From SAR202 cluster bacterium (GTDB lineage Bacteria > Chloroflexota > Dehalococcoidia > Lucifugimonadales > VGZR01), in the NCBI GenBank assembly GCA_016872515.1, contig VGZR01000004.1, positions 22,374-86,373 on the forward strand: a stretch of 64,000 nt of DNA, written 5' to 3'. The notes below the pieces were generated by a model. The model worked only from the letters and a program-made list of their open reading frames with translations. It had not been told where the DNA came from and made no database searches. Position numbers and translations under genes: made by a program. The stretch's first letter is position 1, and each line of letters starts with the position of its first letter. Shown piece after piece: positions 47,468-58,028 of the stretch.

Positions 47468-48664
47468 CTACGGGGAATAGACCTCGGTCGTGGCAAGTAC
47501 GCCCTCTTTGCCCGTGCCGCCGAACACCAGGGTGCGTCCGTCTTGTAGCGTCGCCGTCCCGAATCGGTATCGTGGCCCTTCCATATTCGCGCCGCCCGAC
47601 CACGAGTTCGTCGCCGGGTCGTAGATCTCCGTCGAGGCGAGCCCGCCGATGCCGCCGATGACGATGACTCTGCCGTCCGACAACAGCCCGGCCCCATGCT
47701 CGGAGCGCGGCTGCTGTGTCACACCAGCGGGCGTCCAGGTATTGGTCGCGGGGTCCCAGACCTCCGCCGTCCTGAGCTTGCCCTTGCCCCCTACTACGAG
47801 CACGCGCCCGTCCTTGAGCAACGTCGCCGTGTGGAACGAGCGCCCCTTGGGCATCGTCCCAGCCGAAGACCACGTATCAGCGGCCGGGTCGTACACCTCT
47901 GCCGAGCTGGTCCACGGCCCGTCCAGCTTCCCGCCGCCGACCACGAGCACGCGTCCGTCCTGCAGCAGCGTCGCCGTGTGGTTGTTGCGAGCGGTCTCCA
48001 TCGAGGCGACCGGCGTCCACTTGCCCGTGGCTACGTCGTAGGTCTCCACCGACTTCAGGGGGATAAACGTGTCGTCAATGCCGCCGATGACCAGGACCCG
48101 CCCATCCTTAAGTACCACCGTCGCCGCCTCTTCGCGGGGCACGGTCGTGTCGCCCGTCGGAGTCCAACGCCCCGTGGCCGGGTCCCACACCTCGGCGGAA
48201 TTCGTCGCATACTGCGCGCTGCCGCCGCCGCTGCCGCCCGCCACCAGCACCTTGCCATCCGGCAGCACCGCCAGCGCGATGGAGTTCCGCTCCCGGCTCA
48301 TCTCGTCGGTGAGCGTCCACTCCCCTGTCGCCGGGTCGTAGAACTCCGCCGACTGCACCCTGCCTGTCCCGAAGTTGAAGGCCACGCCCCTGCCGCCTGC
48401 CGTGAAGACCTTGCCGTCCTGAAGCACGACCGCGGTATGTGCCGAGCGGCTCTCTTTCAGGTCGCCCACCTTCGTGAAGGTGCCGGGAGACCCACTCGGA
48501 GCCTGTGCGCGCTCCGTGGTAGCGGTGGGCCGCGCCGACTGGTCTTGCGACGCCTGCTGGGTCGGCTCCGCGCCGGACTGCGATCCGGCAGGCGACCCGC
48601 CACAGGCGGCCAGATATGCAACAGACGCCAAGCCGGCGAGCAAGGCCAATGCCATCCGAAGCAT
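47468..48664 (-). CDS. Kelch-repeat beta-propeller lipoprotein
   Basis: Lipobox VAYLAAC. There are six or seven repeats of the form H.A..L.DGKVLV.GG......AE.YDP.T..W. Confidence 0.8.
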   Translation of the reverse strand: MLRMALALLAGLASVAYLAACGGSPAGSQSGAEPTQQASQDQSARPTATTERAQAPSGSPGTFTKVGDLKESRSAHTAVVLQDGKVFTAGGRGVAFNFGTGRVQSAEFYDPATGEWTLTDEMSRERNSIALAVLPDGKVLVAGGSGGGSAQYATNSAEVWDPATGRWTPTGDTTVPREEAATVVLKDGRVLVIGGIDDTFIPLKSVETYDVATGKWTPVASMETARNNHTATLLQDGRVLVVGGGKLDGPWTSSAEVYDPAADTWSSAGTMPKGRSFHTATLLKDGRVLVVGGKGKLRTAEVWDPATNTWTPAGVTQQPRSEHGAGLLSDGRVIVIGGIGGLASTEIYDPATNSWSGGANMEGPRYRFGTATLQDGRTLVFGGTGKEGVLATTEVYSP

Positions 48665-48924
48665 GCCTCCACGCTGGAAAATGCCTTGCAGGTCCATAAT
48701 CAAACCCTCCGTGCTCTTAGCCGAGGTTTCCCGCTAAATATACATGCTCGCTACCCTCTTGTGCCAGCCCAGGATCGCTTAGCCCTGGTACAACCTCACT
48801 TGGAAACAGGCCGCTCTCTCCCTGACAGGCCAACCCGACGTCTGGGCGATTCATATGGGTGCAGGTTCTCGCCCTGCCCTGTTATAATCCCGCCAACTTT
48901 CGACCCTTCGCACGAGGAGGCACG

Positions 48925-50628
48925 ATGGCCGCTGACGTGTTCCGGCCCGCAGGCGTTGATGTCCGCTACGACGTCAAGGTGCCCATGCGCGACGGGGTCC
49001 TGCTCTCCGCCGACATCTACGCTCCTCGTGGCCAGTCCGGCCCACTCCCCGTCATCCTGTACCGCACCCCCTACGACAACCTCATGGACTGGATCGTCGA
49101 AAGCTGCATCTTCTACGCGCAGCACGGCTACGTCGCGGTCGCCGAGGACGTGCGAGGCCGCTACGACTCCCAGGGCGAGTTCTACCCCTGGACGAGTGAG
49201 TTCAACGACGGCCATGACACCATCGAGTGGATAGGCAAACAGCCCTGGTGCGACGGCAACGTCGGCATGGCAGGCGCTTCCTACGTCGGCTACGTCCAAT
49301 GGCAGGCCGCTGTCATGGGCAGCCGCTATCTCAAGACCATCGTCCCCAGGGTCATGGGCCACCAACTCCACGAATCGCCCCACTACCAGGGTGGCGCGTT
49401 CGGCCTCGGCGTCAACGCCACCTGGTCCTTCCGCACCACGGGCCGGACCATGCAGCGCATAGACGGTTACCAATGGCAGCAGCTCTTCTCCACCCTACCG
49501 CTCAAGGACCTTACCAAGATCGCGGGCAAGTCGGCGCCGCAGTTCAACGACTGGCTGGACCACCCCGACTACGACGGCTACTGGAAAAGCTTGGCCATCG
49601 AGGAGCGGTTTGAGGACATCAAGGTTCCCGCCTTCCAGATCGGCGGTTGGTACGACCTCTACGCCGCCGGGTTCTTCGAGTTCCTCAACGGCATTAAGAA
49701 GCGCGGCGGCACTCCCGCAGCCCGGCGAAACCAGAAACTCCTCATCGGCCCATGGGTCCATACCGCCTGCGTCAACCCGATGACCGTCGCAGGGGAAGTG
49801 GACTTCGGCAAGGCCTCGATGGTGGACTTCATGCAGTGGGAGCTGCGCTGGATGGACCGATGGCTCAAAGGCGTCAAGAACGGTGTGGACAACGAGCCCC
49901 CACTACGCATTTTCGTCATGGGTACGAACGAATGGCGTGACGAGAGTGAATGGCCCCTTGCCCGTACCAAGTTCACGCCCTACTACCTCCATAGCGAAGG
50001 CTCGGCTAACTCTCTGCTGGGCGATGGCACACTCTCCATCAAACCCCCCAGCCAGGAGCATCCCGACAAGTTCTCCTACAACCCCGCCTTCCCGGTGCCG
50101 ACCCGAGGCGGCTGCAACTGCTGCAACCCCGAAATCGTCGCCTGGGGCGCCTACGACCAGCGCTCCGTCGAGCACCGGAACGACGTGCTCGTGTACACCT
50201 CCGACCCGATGGCCTCGGACATGGAGGTCACCGGCCCCGTCGTGGTGAAGCTCCATGCCGCCACCGACTGCCGCGACACCGACTTCACCGCCAAGCTCGT
50301 GGACGTCCACCCCGACGGCTATGCCCGCAACCTCTGCGACGGCATCATCCGTGGCCGATACCGCGAGTCAACCGCGAAACAGAGACTCCTCACGCCAGGA
50401 CAGGCCTACGAGTTCACCATAGACCTATGGCCGACCAGCAACATCTTCCAGAAGGGCCACAGGGTCCGGGTCGAAATCACCAGCAGCAACTTCCCCCGCT
50501 TCGACCGCAACCTCAACACCGGCGGTAGGTTCGGTCACGAGACAGAGATGCGCACCGCCAACCAAACGGTGTACCATGACCGCGCACATCCCTCCCACAT
50601 CCTATTGCCCGTGATACCGAAGGCATAG
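48925..50628 (+). CDS. CocE/NonD family hydrolase (S15 X-Pro dipeptidyl-peptidase-like)
   Basis: PVILYRTPYDN and the nucleophile region MAGASYVGYVQW, with a C-terminal galactose-binding-like domain. GAGGAGG lies upstream of ATG 48925. Confidence 0.85.
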   Translation: MAADVFRPAGVDVRYDVKVPMRDGVLLSADIYAPRGQSGPLPVILYRTPYDNLMDWIVESCIFYAQHGYVAVAEDVRGRYDSQGEFYPWTSEFNDGHDTIEWIGKQPWCDGNVGMAGASYVGYVQWQAAVMGSRYLKTIVPRVMGHQLHESPHYQGGAFGLGVNATWSFRTTGRTMQRIDGYQWQQLFSTLPLKDLTKIAGKSAPQFNDWLDHPDYDGYWKSLAIEERFEDIKVPAFQIGGWYDLYAAGFFEFLNGIKKRGGTPAARRNQKLLIGPWVHTACVNPMTVAGEVDFGKASMVDFMQWELRWMDRWLKGVKNGVDNEPPLRIFVMGTNEWRDESEWPLARTKFTPYYLHSEGSANSLLGDGTLSIKPPSQEHPDKFSYNPAFPVPTRGGCNCCNPEIVAWGAYDQRSVEHRNDVLVYTSDPMASDMEVTGPVVVKLHAATDCRDTDFTAKLVDVHPDGYARNLCDGIIRGRYRESTAKQRLLTPGQAYEFTIDLWPTSNIFQKGHRVRVEITSSNFPRFDRNLNTGGRFGHETEMRTANQTVYHDRAHPSHILLPVIPKA

Positions 50629-50675
50629 CGCAAGGCCGTTGGCGGCATAGTAGAGGCAAAGTAAGGAGGCACCCG

Positions 50676-51914
50676 ATGAAGATTTCGATGTTCCACTTGA
50701 TGCCCCACCGTGAGTTGCCCGCCGACTTCGAGAAGAAGTACGACTCGGTCTGGGTTGACCTCCCCTGGTCGGAACTGGCGGACGCCGGGCGGGTGGGCCA
50801 GTACTACAACTGGACGCTCGACGAACTCGTATACGCCGACCAGATGGGCATGGACGGCGTCTGCGTCAACGAGCACCATCAGAACGCCTATGGCTTCATG
50901 CCGTCTCCCAACCTCATGGGCTCCGTCCTCGCCCGCCAGACGAAGAATGCCGCCCTCGTTCAGATGGGCTCCACCCTCCCCGCAACCAACCCGCCACAGC
51001 GCGTCGCCGAAGAGTATGCGATGCTGGACTGCATCAGCGGCGGCCGCCTGGTCGCCGGCATGCCCCTCGGCTCCTCGCCGGACATCAACTTCTGCTTCGG
51101 CATCCCGCCCCTTGAACAGCGCGAGCGGTTCCGCGAGGCCCACGACCTTATCATCCAGGCATGGACCCGCAAGGACGTCTTCTCCTTCAACGGCAAGTAC
51201 TCCCAGCTGCGCTACGTCAACACCTGGCCCAAGCCGATCCAGACTCCGCACCCGCCTGTGTGGGTGCCAGGCAGCGGCAGCCTCAGCACCTGGGACTTCA
51301 CCGCCAAGCACGACTACTGCTACTGCTATCTGAGCTACTTCGGCAACAACCTCGCTAAGAAGGTCCTCGACGGCTTTTGGGAGCGTATGGACCAGCTCGG
51401 CAAGGACAGGAACCCCTACCGCACCGGCTTCCTCCAGCTCGTCGTCGTCTCTGAGACCGACGCCAGCGCCGAGCGGGAATACGCCGAGCACATCAAGTAC
51501 TTCTACGACAAGTCCCTCCACATCGCCCCGTGGTTCTTCTTCGCCCCGGGCCACATCGACTACAAGAGCCTCGTCCGCAGCACCAAGACGACGCTGGATG
51601 CCATCAACAAGCTGGCCGAGGAGCGGAAGAACTGGAAGTACAAGGACTACGTGGACAACCAGTTCGTCATCGGCGGCAGCCCGCAGTCTGTGGCCGACCA
51701 ACTCGAGGAGGCCACCCGCAAGCTGCGCATCGGCAACCTCATGGTGCTGCTGCACATCGGCTCCATGTCCCACGAGCTGACCAAGAAGAACATCAACCTT
51801 TTCGCCAAAGAGGTGCTCCCAAAGGTCCACGACATCTGGGACGACGAGGGCTGGGAGAACCACTGGTGGCCCAAGAAGCTGCTCAAGCAGCCTGCGGTAG
51901 CAGCGAAGCGATAG
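50676..51914 (+). CDS. LLM-class (luciferase-like) flavin-dependent oxidoreductase
   Basis: MGMDGVCVNEHHQNAYG and ISGGRLVAGMPLGS. Confidence 0.8.
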   Translation: MKISMFHLMPHRELPADFEKKYDSVWVDLPWSELADAGRVGQYYNWTLDELVYADQMGMDGVCVNEHHQNAYGFMPSPNLMGSVLARQTKNAALVQMGSTLPATNPPQRVAEEYAMLDCISGGRLVAGMPLGSSPDINFCFGIPPLEQRERFREAHDLIIQAWTRKDVFSFNGKYSQLRYVNTWPKPIQTPHPPVWVPGSGSLSTWDFTAKHDYCYCYLSYFGNNLAKKVLDGFWERMDQLGKDRNPYRTGFLQLVVVSETDASAEREYAEHIKYFYDKSLHIAPWFFFAPGHIDYKSLVRSTKTTLDAINKLAEERKNWKYKDYVDNQFVIGGSPQSVADQLEEATRKLRIGNLMVLLHIGSMSHELTKKNINLFAKEVLPKVHDIWDDEGWENHWWPKKLLKQPAVAAKR

Positions 51915-51944
51915 CCCCGGAGAGACACGAGAAGGAGCGGACGC

Positions 51945-52748
51945 ATGGCCACAACCGTTACGCAGAAAGAGCTGAAGGTTAAAGCCTTCAACGACTTGAT
52001 CGAGACCCACGTCGCCTTGGCCGGCAGCGGCCCGCCGGTCGTCTTCCTCCATGGCGCGGGCGGCCTGACCTGGGACCCCTTCCTCGACGACCTGGCCGCC
52101 AAGTTCACGGTGTACGCGCCCTACCATCCAGGCACCGCCGGCGACCCCGACGCGGTCCGCCAGCTCCGCGGCCTATGGGACCTCGTGCTCTACTACTACG
52201 AGCTGTTCGACAAGCTCGGCCTGCGCTCCCCCGCCGTCGTCGGCCACTCCTTCGGCGGCATGGTGGCCGCCGAGTTGGCCGCCACGAATCCCGACCGCGT
52301 CAGCAAGCTCGTCCTTCTCTGCCCCATCGGCCTCTGGCGGGACGACCATCCCGTGCAAGACTGGATGGGCATGAAGCCGGAGAACCTCTACAAGCTCGTC
52401 TTCTACGAGCCGGAAGGCCCGTTGGCCAAGCAGATGACCGCCTTGCCCACCGAGACCGATGCCAAGCACGACGCCATCATCAAGATGACCTGGGCGCTAG
52501 CCACCACCGGCACTTTCGTCTGGCCCATCCCAGACAAAGGCCTGAACCGTCGAATGCACCGCATCACCGCCCCTGCCCTCATCGTCTGGGGAAAGCACGA
52601 TAGGCTGGTGCCGCCCATCTACGCCCAGGAGTTCGCCAGCCGCCTCAAGAAGTCCCAGATAGCGATGATAGACAAGGCCGCGCACGTGCCCCAGCTTGAG
52701 CAGCGGCAGCAGGTCAGCAAGCTCGTCGCCGACTTCCTGCGAGGTTAG
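51945..52748 (+). CDS. Alpha/beta hydrolase (meta-cleavage-product hydrolase-like)
   Basis: VVFLHGAGG, the nucleophile elbow VVGHSFGG, and C-terminal AAHVPQLE. Confidence 0.8.
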   Translation: MATTVTQKELKVKAFNDLIETHVALAGSGPPVVFLHGAGGLTWDPFLDDLAAKFTVYAPYHPGTAGDPDAVRQLRGLWDLVLYYYELFDKLGLRSPAVVGHSFGGMVAAELAATNPDRVSKLVLLCPIGLWRDDHPVQDWMGMKPENLYKLVFYEPEGPLAKQMTALPTETDAKHDAIIKMTWALATTGTFVWPIPDKGLNRRMHRITAPALIVWGKHDRLVPPIYAQEFASRLKKSQIAMIDKAAHVPQLEQRQQVSKLVADFLRG

Positions 52749-52771
52749 CATCGGCCTCTCCATGGCAAGCC

Positions 52772-54379
52772 GTGGATAGCCTTGGCAACGTCTCGTCGCA
52801 AGTTGACGCGGCTCTTCGCAGGCTCGAAGGTGACAAGGTGGCCGCCCGTATCTGGCGCGGCGACCACACCGTCTGGAAGCCAGACCCAACGGAGCTAGCC
52901 GACCGCCTCGGCTGGCTCACCGCGCCGGTCGAGATGCGCCGCCGCGTCGGCCAACTCGAACTGCTGGTCCGCGAGGTGCGCGACAGTAGCCTCCGCCACG
53001 TCGTCCTTCTCGGCATGGGCGGCAGCGTATTCGGAGCCAGGGCCATCGCCCAAGCCATCGGCCCTGCACCCGGCTCTCCCAGCCTGCTCGTCCTCGACTC
53101 CACCCTGCCGCCGACGGTACGGCGCATCACCGACGCCATAGACCCATCCCGTACGCTCTTCATCGCCGCATCCAAGTCCGGGGACACCCTGGAGACCGCC
53201 TCGCTTCTCAAGCATTTCTGGGCCTCGGTGGAGTCCACCAGCTCCGGCCAGGCCGCTGGCGGCCACTTCATCGCCATCACGGACGAGGGCACGCCCCTTG
53301 CCGAGCAGGCCCGAGAAAAGCGGTTCCGCTATGTGTTCCTGAACCCGTCCGACGTGGGCGGACGCTACTCCATCCTCACCTACTTCGGCCTCGTGCCCGC
53401 GGCGCTGGCGGGCGCGGACGTCCGCGCCGTGTTGGATGGGGCTATCCGCATGGCCGAGGCCTGCGGCCCGGGAGTCGCGGCTGCGTCCAACCCAGGTGCT
53501 ATCCTCGGCGCGGCCATCGCAACGCTTGCACAGCAGGGCCGCGACAAGCTCACCGTGCTCGCATCTCCAGATGCCGTGCCGTTCATACCCATTATCGAGC
53601 AGCTCCTCGCCGAGGGCCTGGGTAAGGACGGCAAGGGCATCGTCCCCATCATCGGCGAGCCGCTCCTCGACCCGTCCCAGTACGGCGGCGACCGCGCCTT
53701 CGTCCACCTCAAAGGTACTGCTGCCGCCCAAGATGTGGACGCCCTTGCCGAGCGCCTCCGCTCCAGCGGCCACCCTGTTCTCACCCTGAAGTGCGACCTG
53801 CCCCGCGACCTCGGCGCCGAGTTCTACCGATGGGAGTTCGCTTCCGCCATCGCGGGCACCGTCCTCGGGGTTCAGCCCTTCGACCAGCCCGACGTCGAAT
53901 CGGCCAAGTCGCGTACCAAGGCCCTGCTCAAGGCCTACACAGAGACAGGCCGCTTGCCCACCGTCCCCGCCGGTTCCCTGCCCACGCTCCTGGCCTCAGC
54001 GCGGCCCGGCGACTACCTCGCCCTCCTCGCTTGCCTCCCCGAATCGCCCGCCTGCGACCAGGCGATGGCCAGCCTCCGCGCAGCCGTCGCCCGCAAGCTC
54101 CGCATCGCCACGACCGCCGAGTACGGCCCGCGCTACCTCCACTCCACCGGCCAGCTCCACAAAGGTGGCCCCAACAAGGGACTCCACCTCGTCCTAACCG
54201 GCGGCTGGGGCGAAGACATCCCTATCCCAGGCGAGCCGTACGGGTTCCGCGTCCTCGCCGAAGCCCAAGCCCGCGGCGACGCCCAGGCTCTGCAGGAACG
54301 TGGGCATCGCGTCGTTAGTTTGGACTTGGGAGGCGATCCGGTAGAGGGAATCAGGCGGCTGGCACAGGAGATGGCTTAA
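52772..54379 (+). CDS. pgi: Glucose-6-phosphate isomerase (short SIS-type, as in Tal-Pgi fusions)
   Basis: VVLLGMGGS, FIAASKSGDTLET, and GGRYSILTYFGLVPAA. Confidence 0.75.
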   Translation: MDSLGNVSSQVDAALRRLEGDKVAARIWRGDHTVWKPDPTELADRLGWLTAPVEMRRRVGQLELLVREVRDSSLRHVVLLGMGGSVFGARAIAQAIGPAPGSPSLLVLDSTLPPTVRRITDAIDPSRTLFIAASKSGDTLETASLLKHFWASVESTSSGQAAGGHFIAITDEGTPLAEQAREKRFRYVFLNPSDVGGRYSILTYFGLVPAALAGADVRAVLDGAIRMAEACGPGVAAASNPGAILGAAIATLAQQGRDKLTVLASPDAVPFIPIIEQLLAEGLGKDGKGIVPIIGEPLLDPSQYGGDRAFVHLKGTAAAQDVDALAERLRSSGHPVLTLKCDLPRDLGAEFYRWEFASAIAGTVLGVQPFDQPDVESAKSRTKALLKAYTETGRLPTVPAGSLPTLLASARPGDYLALLACLPESPACDQAMASLRAAVARKLRIATTAEYGPRYLHSTGQLHKGGPNKGLHLVLTGGWGEDIPIPGEPYGFRVLAEAQARGDAQALQERGHRVVSLDLGGDPVEGIRRLAQEMA

Positions 54380-54433
54380 GAAGCAGGCCCGTGCCAAGAG
54401 GCCCCGCTTCAAGATGTCAGAATACCCCAGGCA

Positions 54434-54454
54434 TGTCATCCCGGAATGACAGTG
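54434..54454. repeat. Mini-palindrome related to the MITE termini
   Basis: tgtcatcccggaatgacagtg resembles the two 4782-5056 TIRs (cagtgtcatccc / gggatgacactg) abutted back-to-back. Confidence 0.4.
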
Positions 54455-54549
54455 CAAGAAGGCTTGCATCTGACTTTTGAGGCGCCTCCATGCCACGGCC
54501 AAAGGTCAGTAGTACAATGGGCGCCGTCATCTTGGACAAGGAGACCGAA

Positions 54550-54993
54550 ATGAAAGCGTCTGCGACCATCGAAATCAACAAGCCGCTCAAAGAGGTCTGG
54601 GCTTACATCGCCGACCTGCGGACGATGGAGAAGTGGGTGGATGGCGTCTCAGACGTGAAGCTGGCGTCGCAGGGACCTCTCGCGGCCGGCACGGCGTTCA
54701 GCAGCAAGTACACCTATCAGGGTAAGACCTACGACTACGAGTACGTCGTCACAGAAGTCGCCGCCCCGTTCCGCATGAGCATGAAGTCCACGAAGGGACC
54801 CTTCCCCTTCCAGGGATGGTTCGAGCTCCAGGAGGCCGGCAAGGGGACGCGCTGCATCAACACCATCTACGCCGGCTCCGACAGCTTCATGACCACGCTT
54901 ATATTCATCCTCATGTGGCCGCTGGTCCGCATGATGATGCGCAAGCGGATCACCAAAGAACTGGTAACGCTTAAGGGCATCCTGGAGAAGTAG
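54550..54993 (+). CDS. SRPBCC (polyketide cyclase/dehydrase-like) family protein with C-terminal TM helix
   Basis: MKASATIEINKPLKEVWAYIADLRTMEKW. AAGGAG lies upstream of ATG 54550. Confidence 0.7.
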   Translation: MKASATIEINKPLKEVWAYIADLRTMEKWVDGVSDVKLASQGPLAAGTAFSSKYTYQGKTYDYEYVVTEVAAPFRMSMKSTKGPFPFQGWFELQEAGKGTRCINTIYAGSDSFMTTLIFILMWPLVRMMMRKRITKELVTLKGILEK

Positions 54994-54995
54994 CG

Positions 54996-55949
54996 GTGCA
55001 GTTCGGCTTCGACATACCGGCGCAAGGGCCGATGGCCAACCCCGACTCGGCGGCGGAGCTGGCCCGCGCGGGCGAGGCGATGGGCTTTGGCTACCTCTAC
55101 GTCAGCGACCACATCGTCGTCCCCAAGACCATCCGCTCGCCCTACCCGTACAACGCCAAGCGCAAGCTCCCCGGCGCCGACAACTACCTGGAGCAGCTCA
55201 CCCTTCTCACCTTCCTCGCAGCACACACCCGCCGCATCAAGCTGCTCACTTCCGTCACCGTCATCCCCTACCGCGACGCCGTCTTCACCGCCAAGAGCCT
55301 CGCCACGATAGACGTCCTCTCCAACGGCCGCCTCGTCCTGGGCGCAGGCGTCGGCTGGATGAAGGAGGAGTTCGAAGCGGTGGGCGCTCCGCCCTTCGAG
55401 CAGCGCGGCACCGTCACCGACGAGTACCTGCGCGCCTTCGTGGAGCTGTGGACGGACAAGAAGCCCTCCTTCAAGGGCAGGCACGTCCGCTTCTCCGACA
55501 TCGCCTTCGAGCCCAAGCCCGTCCAGAAGCCGCACCCGCCCATCTGGATCGGCGGCGAAAGCCCCTACGCCATCCGCCGCGCCGCCACGCTCGGCAACGG
55601 CTGGTACCCGATCAGCTACGACCAGACCTACCCCATCACGACTCCCACGAGGATGCGCGAGTGCCTCACGGAGCTGCGTAAGCACGCCAAGGCCGTGGGC
55701 CGTAGCCTCAAGGGCTTCCAGGTGACCTACCACGCGGGGATGTACGACCCCAAGCATGTTGCGATCCGGCAGGGCGGCAAGCGCAAGAACTTCACCGGCA
55801 CACCCGCCCAGGTCGCCGGCGACATCAGGGCCTTCCAAGACGCCGGCGTGGACAACGTCTTTTTCCTCTACCCAGGCAACAGCGTGAAGGCCCTCATCGC
55901 CAGCGCCGAGCAGTTCATGGACAAGGTGGGTTCGAGGGTGAAGGGCTAG
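54996..55949 (+). CDS. LLM-class F420-dependent oxidoreductase
   Basis: YLYVSDHIV, LATIDVLSNGRLVLGAGVGW, and PIWIGG. GTG start. Confidence 0.8.
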   Translation: MQFGFDIPAQGPMANPDSAAELARAGEAMGFGYLYVSDHIVVPKTIRSPYPYNAKRKLPGADNYLEQLTLLTFLAAHTRRIKLLTSVTVIPYRDAVFTAKSLATIDVLSNGRLVLGAGVGWMKEEFEAVGAPPFEQRGTVTDEYLRAFVELWTDKKPSFKGRHVRFSDIAFEPKPVQKPHPPIWIGGESPYAIRRAATLGNGWYPISYDQTYPITTPTRMRECLTELRKHAKAVGRSLKGFQVTYHAGMYDPKHVAIRQGGKRKNFTGTPAQVAGDIRAFQDAGVDNVFFLYPGNSVKALIASAEQFMDKVGSRVKG

Positions 55950-55972
55950 TATGTCGAGACAGAGGATGCACC

Positions 55973-56362
55973 ATGCCGAAGCGGCCACTGAAACTCGAAA
56001 TCCGAATCCCTGAGTACAGCAATCCCCGTAACAAGTTGCGCGAGGCGATTCACCGAGCCGTGGTAGAGGTTCAGAACACTACGTCCGTCAAGTACCGGGA
56101 TGATGACAAGCTTGAAGTGACTCTCCGGCTGTACTTCACCGACGAGCGGTCCGCCGAAATCCACGACGTGGACAATCGGTTGAAGGATTGCCTGGACGCA
56201 CTACAAGGGCGTGTTGGAGGAACCAAGACCAAGGCCATGCGAGTATTGGAGCCCATTGTTCCGAATGACTCGCAGGTCTGGCGGGTCGTTGTGGAGAAGG
56301 GGATCATGCCCAAGCAGGCACGGGGCCGTGGACATCTCACAATTCGGAGATTGAGACATTAA
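55973..56362 (+). CDS. rusA: RusA-family crossover-junction endodeoxyribonuclease-like protein (orphan)
   Basis: HDVDNRLKDCLDALQG...NDSQVWRVVVEK...GHLTIRRL matches the RusA core D-x-DN-x-x-K-x-x-x-DAL...DD-x-Q-V...K. GC is somewhat lower than the flanks (sampled lines 55-58%). Confidence 0.6.
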   Translation: MPKRPLKLEIRIPEYSNPRNKLREAIHRAVVEVQNTTSVKYRDDDKLEVTLRLYFTDERSAEIHDVDNRLKDCLDALQGRVGGTKTKAMRVLEPIVPNDSQVWRVVVEKGIMPKQARGRGHLTIRRLRH

Positions 56363-56380
56363 GTGACGAGGAGGAGTCCG

Positions 56381-57949
56381 ATGTTGGATTTACTCATCAA
56401 AGGCGGAATGGTTCTCGATGGCGCGGCCAATCCCGGCATCCACGCCGCCGTAGGCGTCGAGGGCGACACTGTCTCCATCCACAGGGGCGATGTCTCCGGC
56501 CTCAAGGCTCGGCGCGTCCTGGACGCCACAGGCCGCGTGGTCTGCCCCGGCTTCATCGACGTCCACGCCCACTCGGCGCTCATGATCCTGGCCGACCCGC
56601 TCCACTACGCCAAGGTCCACCAGGGCGTCACCACCGAGCTTTACGGCATAGACGGCAACTCCTACGCGCCCTTCCGCAAGCAGCAGGACCTGGACTGGTT
56701 CATCCAGATGAACTCCGGCCTGGAGGGCTGGCCTGATATCGAGGCCTCCTGGTCGACTGTCGCCGAGTACATGGACACCTACGACCGGAAGATTGCCGTC
56801 AACATGGCCTATATCGTCGGCAACTCACCCATCCGCATCAACGCTATGGGTTGGGACAACCGAAAGCCCACCCGCAAGCAGATGGACACCCAGAAGGCGC
56901 TGCTCCGCGAGGCGATGGAGGAGGGCGCCGTCGGCATGTCCACGGGCCTCGACTACCCACCCGGCGCCTACGCCGACACCGCCGAACTGGTTGAGCTGTC
57001 CAAGGAGCTTACCAAACTGGGCGGCTTCTACCACACCCACGTCCGCTACCTTCTCGGCGACCAGCACCTCGACCCCTTCCGCGAGGCCATCGACATCGGC
57101 AAGCGCAGCGGCTCGCCCATCCACATCACCCACCTGCTGGGCAACTGGAAACTCAAGAGCTCCCAGGCCCACCTCGACCTGGTCGAGTCGTCGCGCGACG
57201 AGGGCATGGACGTGACCTTCGACTGCTTCCCCTACCAGTACGGCGCCACCCGGCTCATCGTCTTCCTGCCCCACTGGGCACAGGAGGGCGGCCCCAAAAA
57301 GCTTATCGAGCGGCTCACGTCGCCCGAAACGCGCAAGCGGATCAACAACGAGATAGACAACCGCTTCGAGTGGGACCGCCTCTGGCTCATGTACTTCAAG
57401 CGCGCCAAGAACAAGAAGTACGAGGGCCGCTCGGTCGCCGACATCGCCGAGATGCGGAAACAGAGCATCGCGGACACCATCTGCGACCTGCTCGTCGAGG
57501 AAGACCTGCGCATCTCATGGACTGTGGACAACCTCGACCCGGAGTCGCTGCCCGACTTCGTCGTCCATCCGCTCCAGATGGTCGGCAGCGACGCGCTGTT
57601 GCTAGGCGACTTCCCCAACCCGATGATGTACGGCACCTTCCCCATCATCCTGGCCCGCCACGTCCGCCGCGAGCGCAAGATGTCGCTGCCCGAGGCCATC
57701 CGCAAGATGACTTCCTATCCCGCCCAGCGCCTCGGCATCCCCGACCGCGGCCTCCTGAAGGACGGCATGAAGGCCGACATCGTCGTCTTCGACGTCGAGC
57801 ACATCGAGGCCCATTCCACCCGCTATAAGCCCCACCAACCGTCCACGGGCATAGACTACGTCATCGTCAACGGCAAGGTCGTCGTGGACCACGGCAAGCA
57901 CACAGGCGTCCTCGCGGGGCGTGCCCTCCGCCGGGGCAAGACGGTGTAG
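56381..57949 (+). CDS. N-acyl-D-amino-acid deacylase (D-aminoacylase) family amidohydrolase
   Basis: LLIKGGMVLDG...PGFIDVHAHS contains the HxH metal site. C-terminal ADIVVFD is present. GAGGAGGAG lies upstream. Confidence 0.85.
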   Translation: MLDLLIKGGMVLDGAANPGIHAAVGVEGDTVSIHRGDVSGLKARRVLDATGRVVCPGFIDVHAHSALMILADPLHYAKVHQGVTTELYGIDGNSYAPFRKQQDLDWFIQMNSGLEGWPDIEASWSTVAEYMDTYDRKIAVNMAYIVGNSPIRINAMGWDNRKPTRKQMDTQKALLREAMEEGAVGMSTGLDYPPGAYADTAELVELSKELTKLGGFYHTHVRYLLGDQHLDPFREAIDIGKRSGSPIHITHLLGNWKLKSSQAHLDLVESSRDEGMDVTFDCFPYQYGATRLIVFLPHWAQEGGPKKLIERLTSPETRKRINNEIDNRFEWDRLWLMYFKRAKNKKYEGRSVADIAEMRKQSIADTICDLLVEEDLRISWTVDNLDPESLPDFVVHPLQMVGSDALLLGDFPNPMMYGTFPIILARHVRRERKMSLPEAIRKMTSYPAQRLGIPDRGLLKDGMKADIVVFDVEHIEAHSTRYKPHQPSTGIDYVIVNGKVVVDHGKHTGVLAGRALRRGKTV

Positions 57950-58028
57950 AGTTCCGCAGAAACGCCAAACCCGCTCGCCCTGGCCTGTCGAAGGGAAGAG
58001 CGGGTCTGGCACTCTTGGGGGGAGCGAC

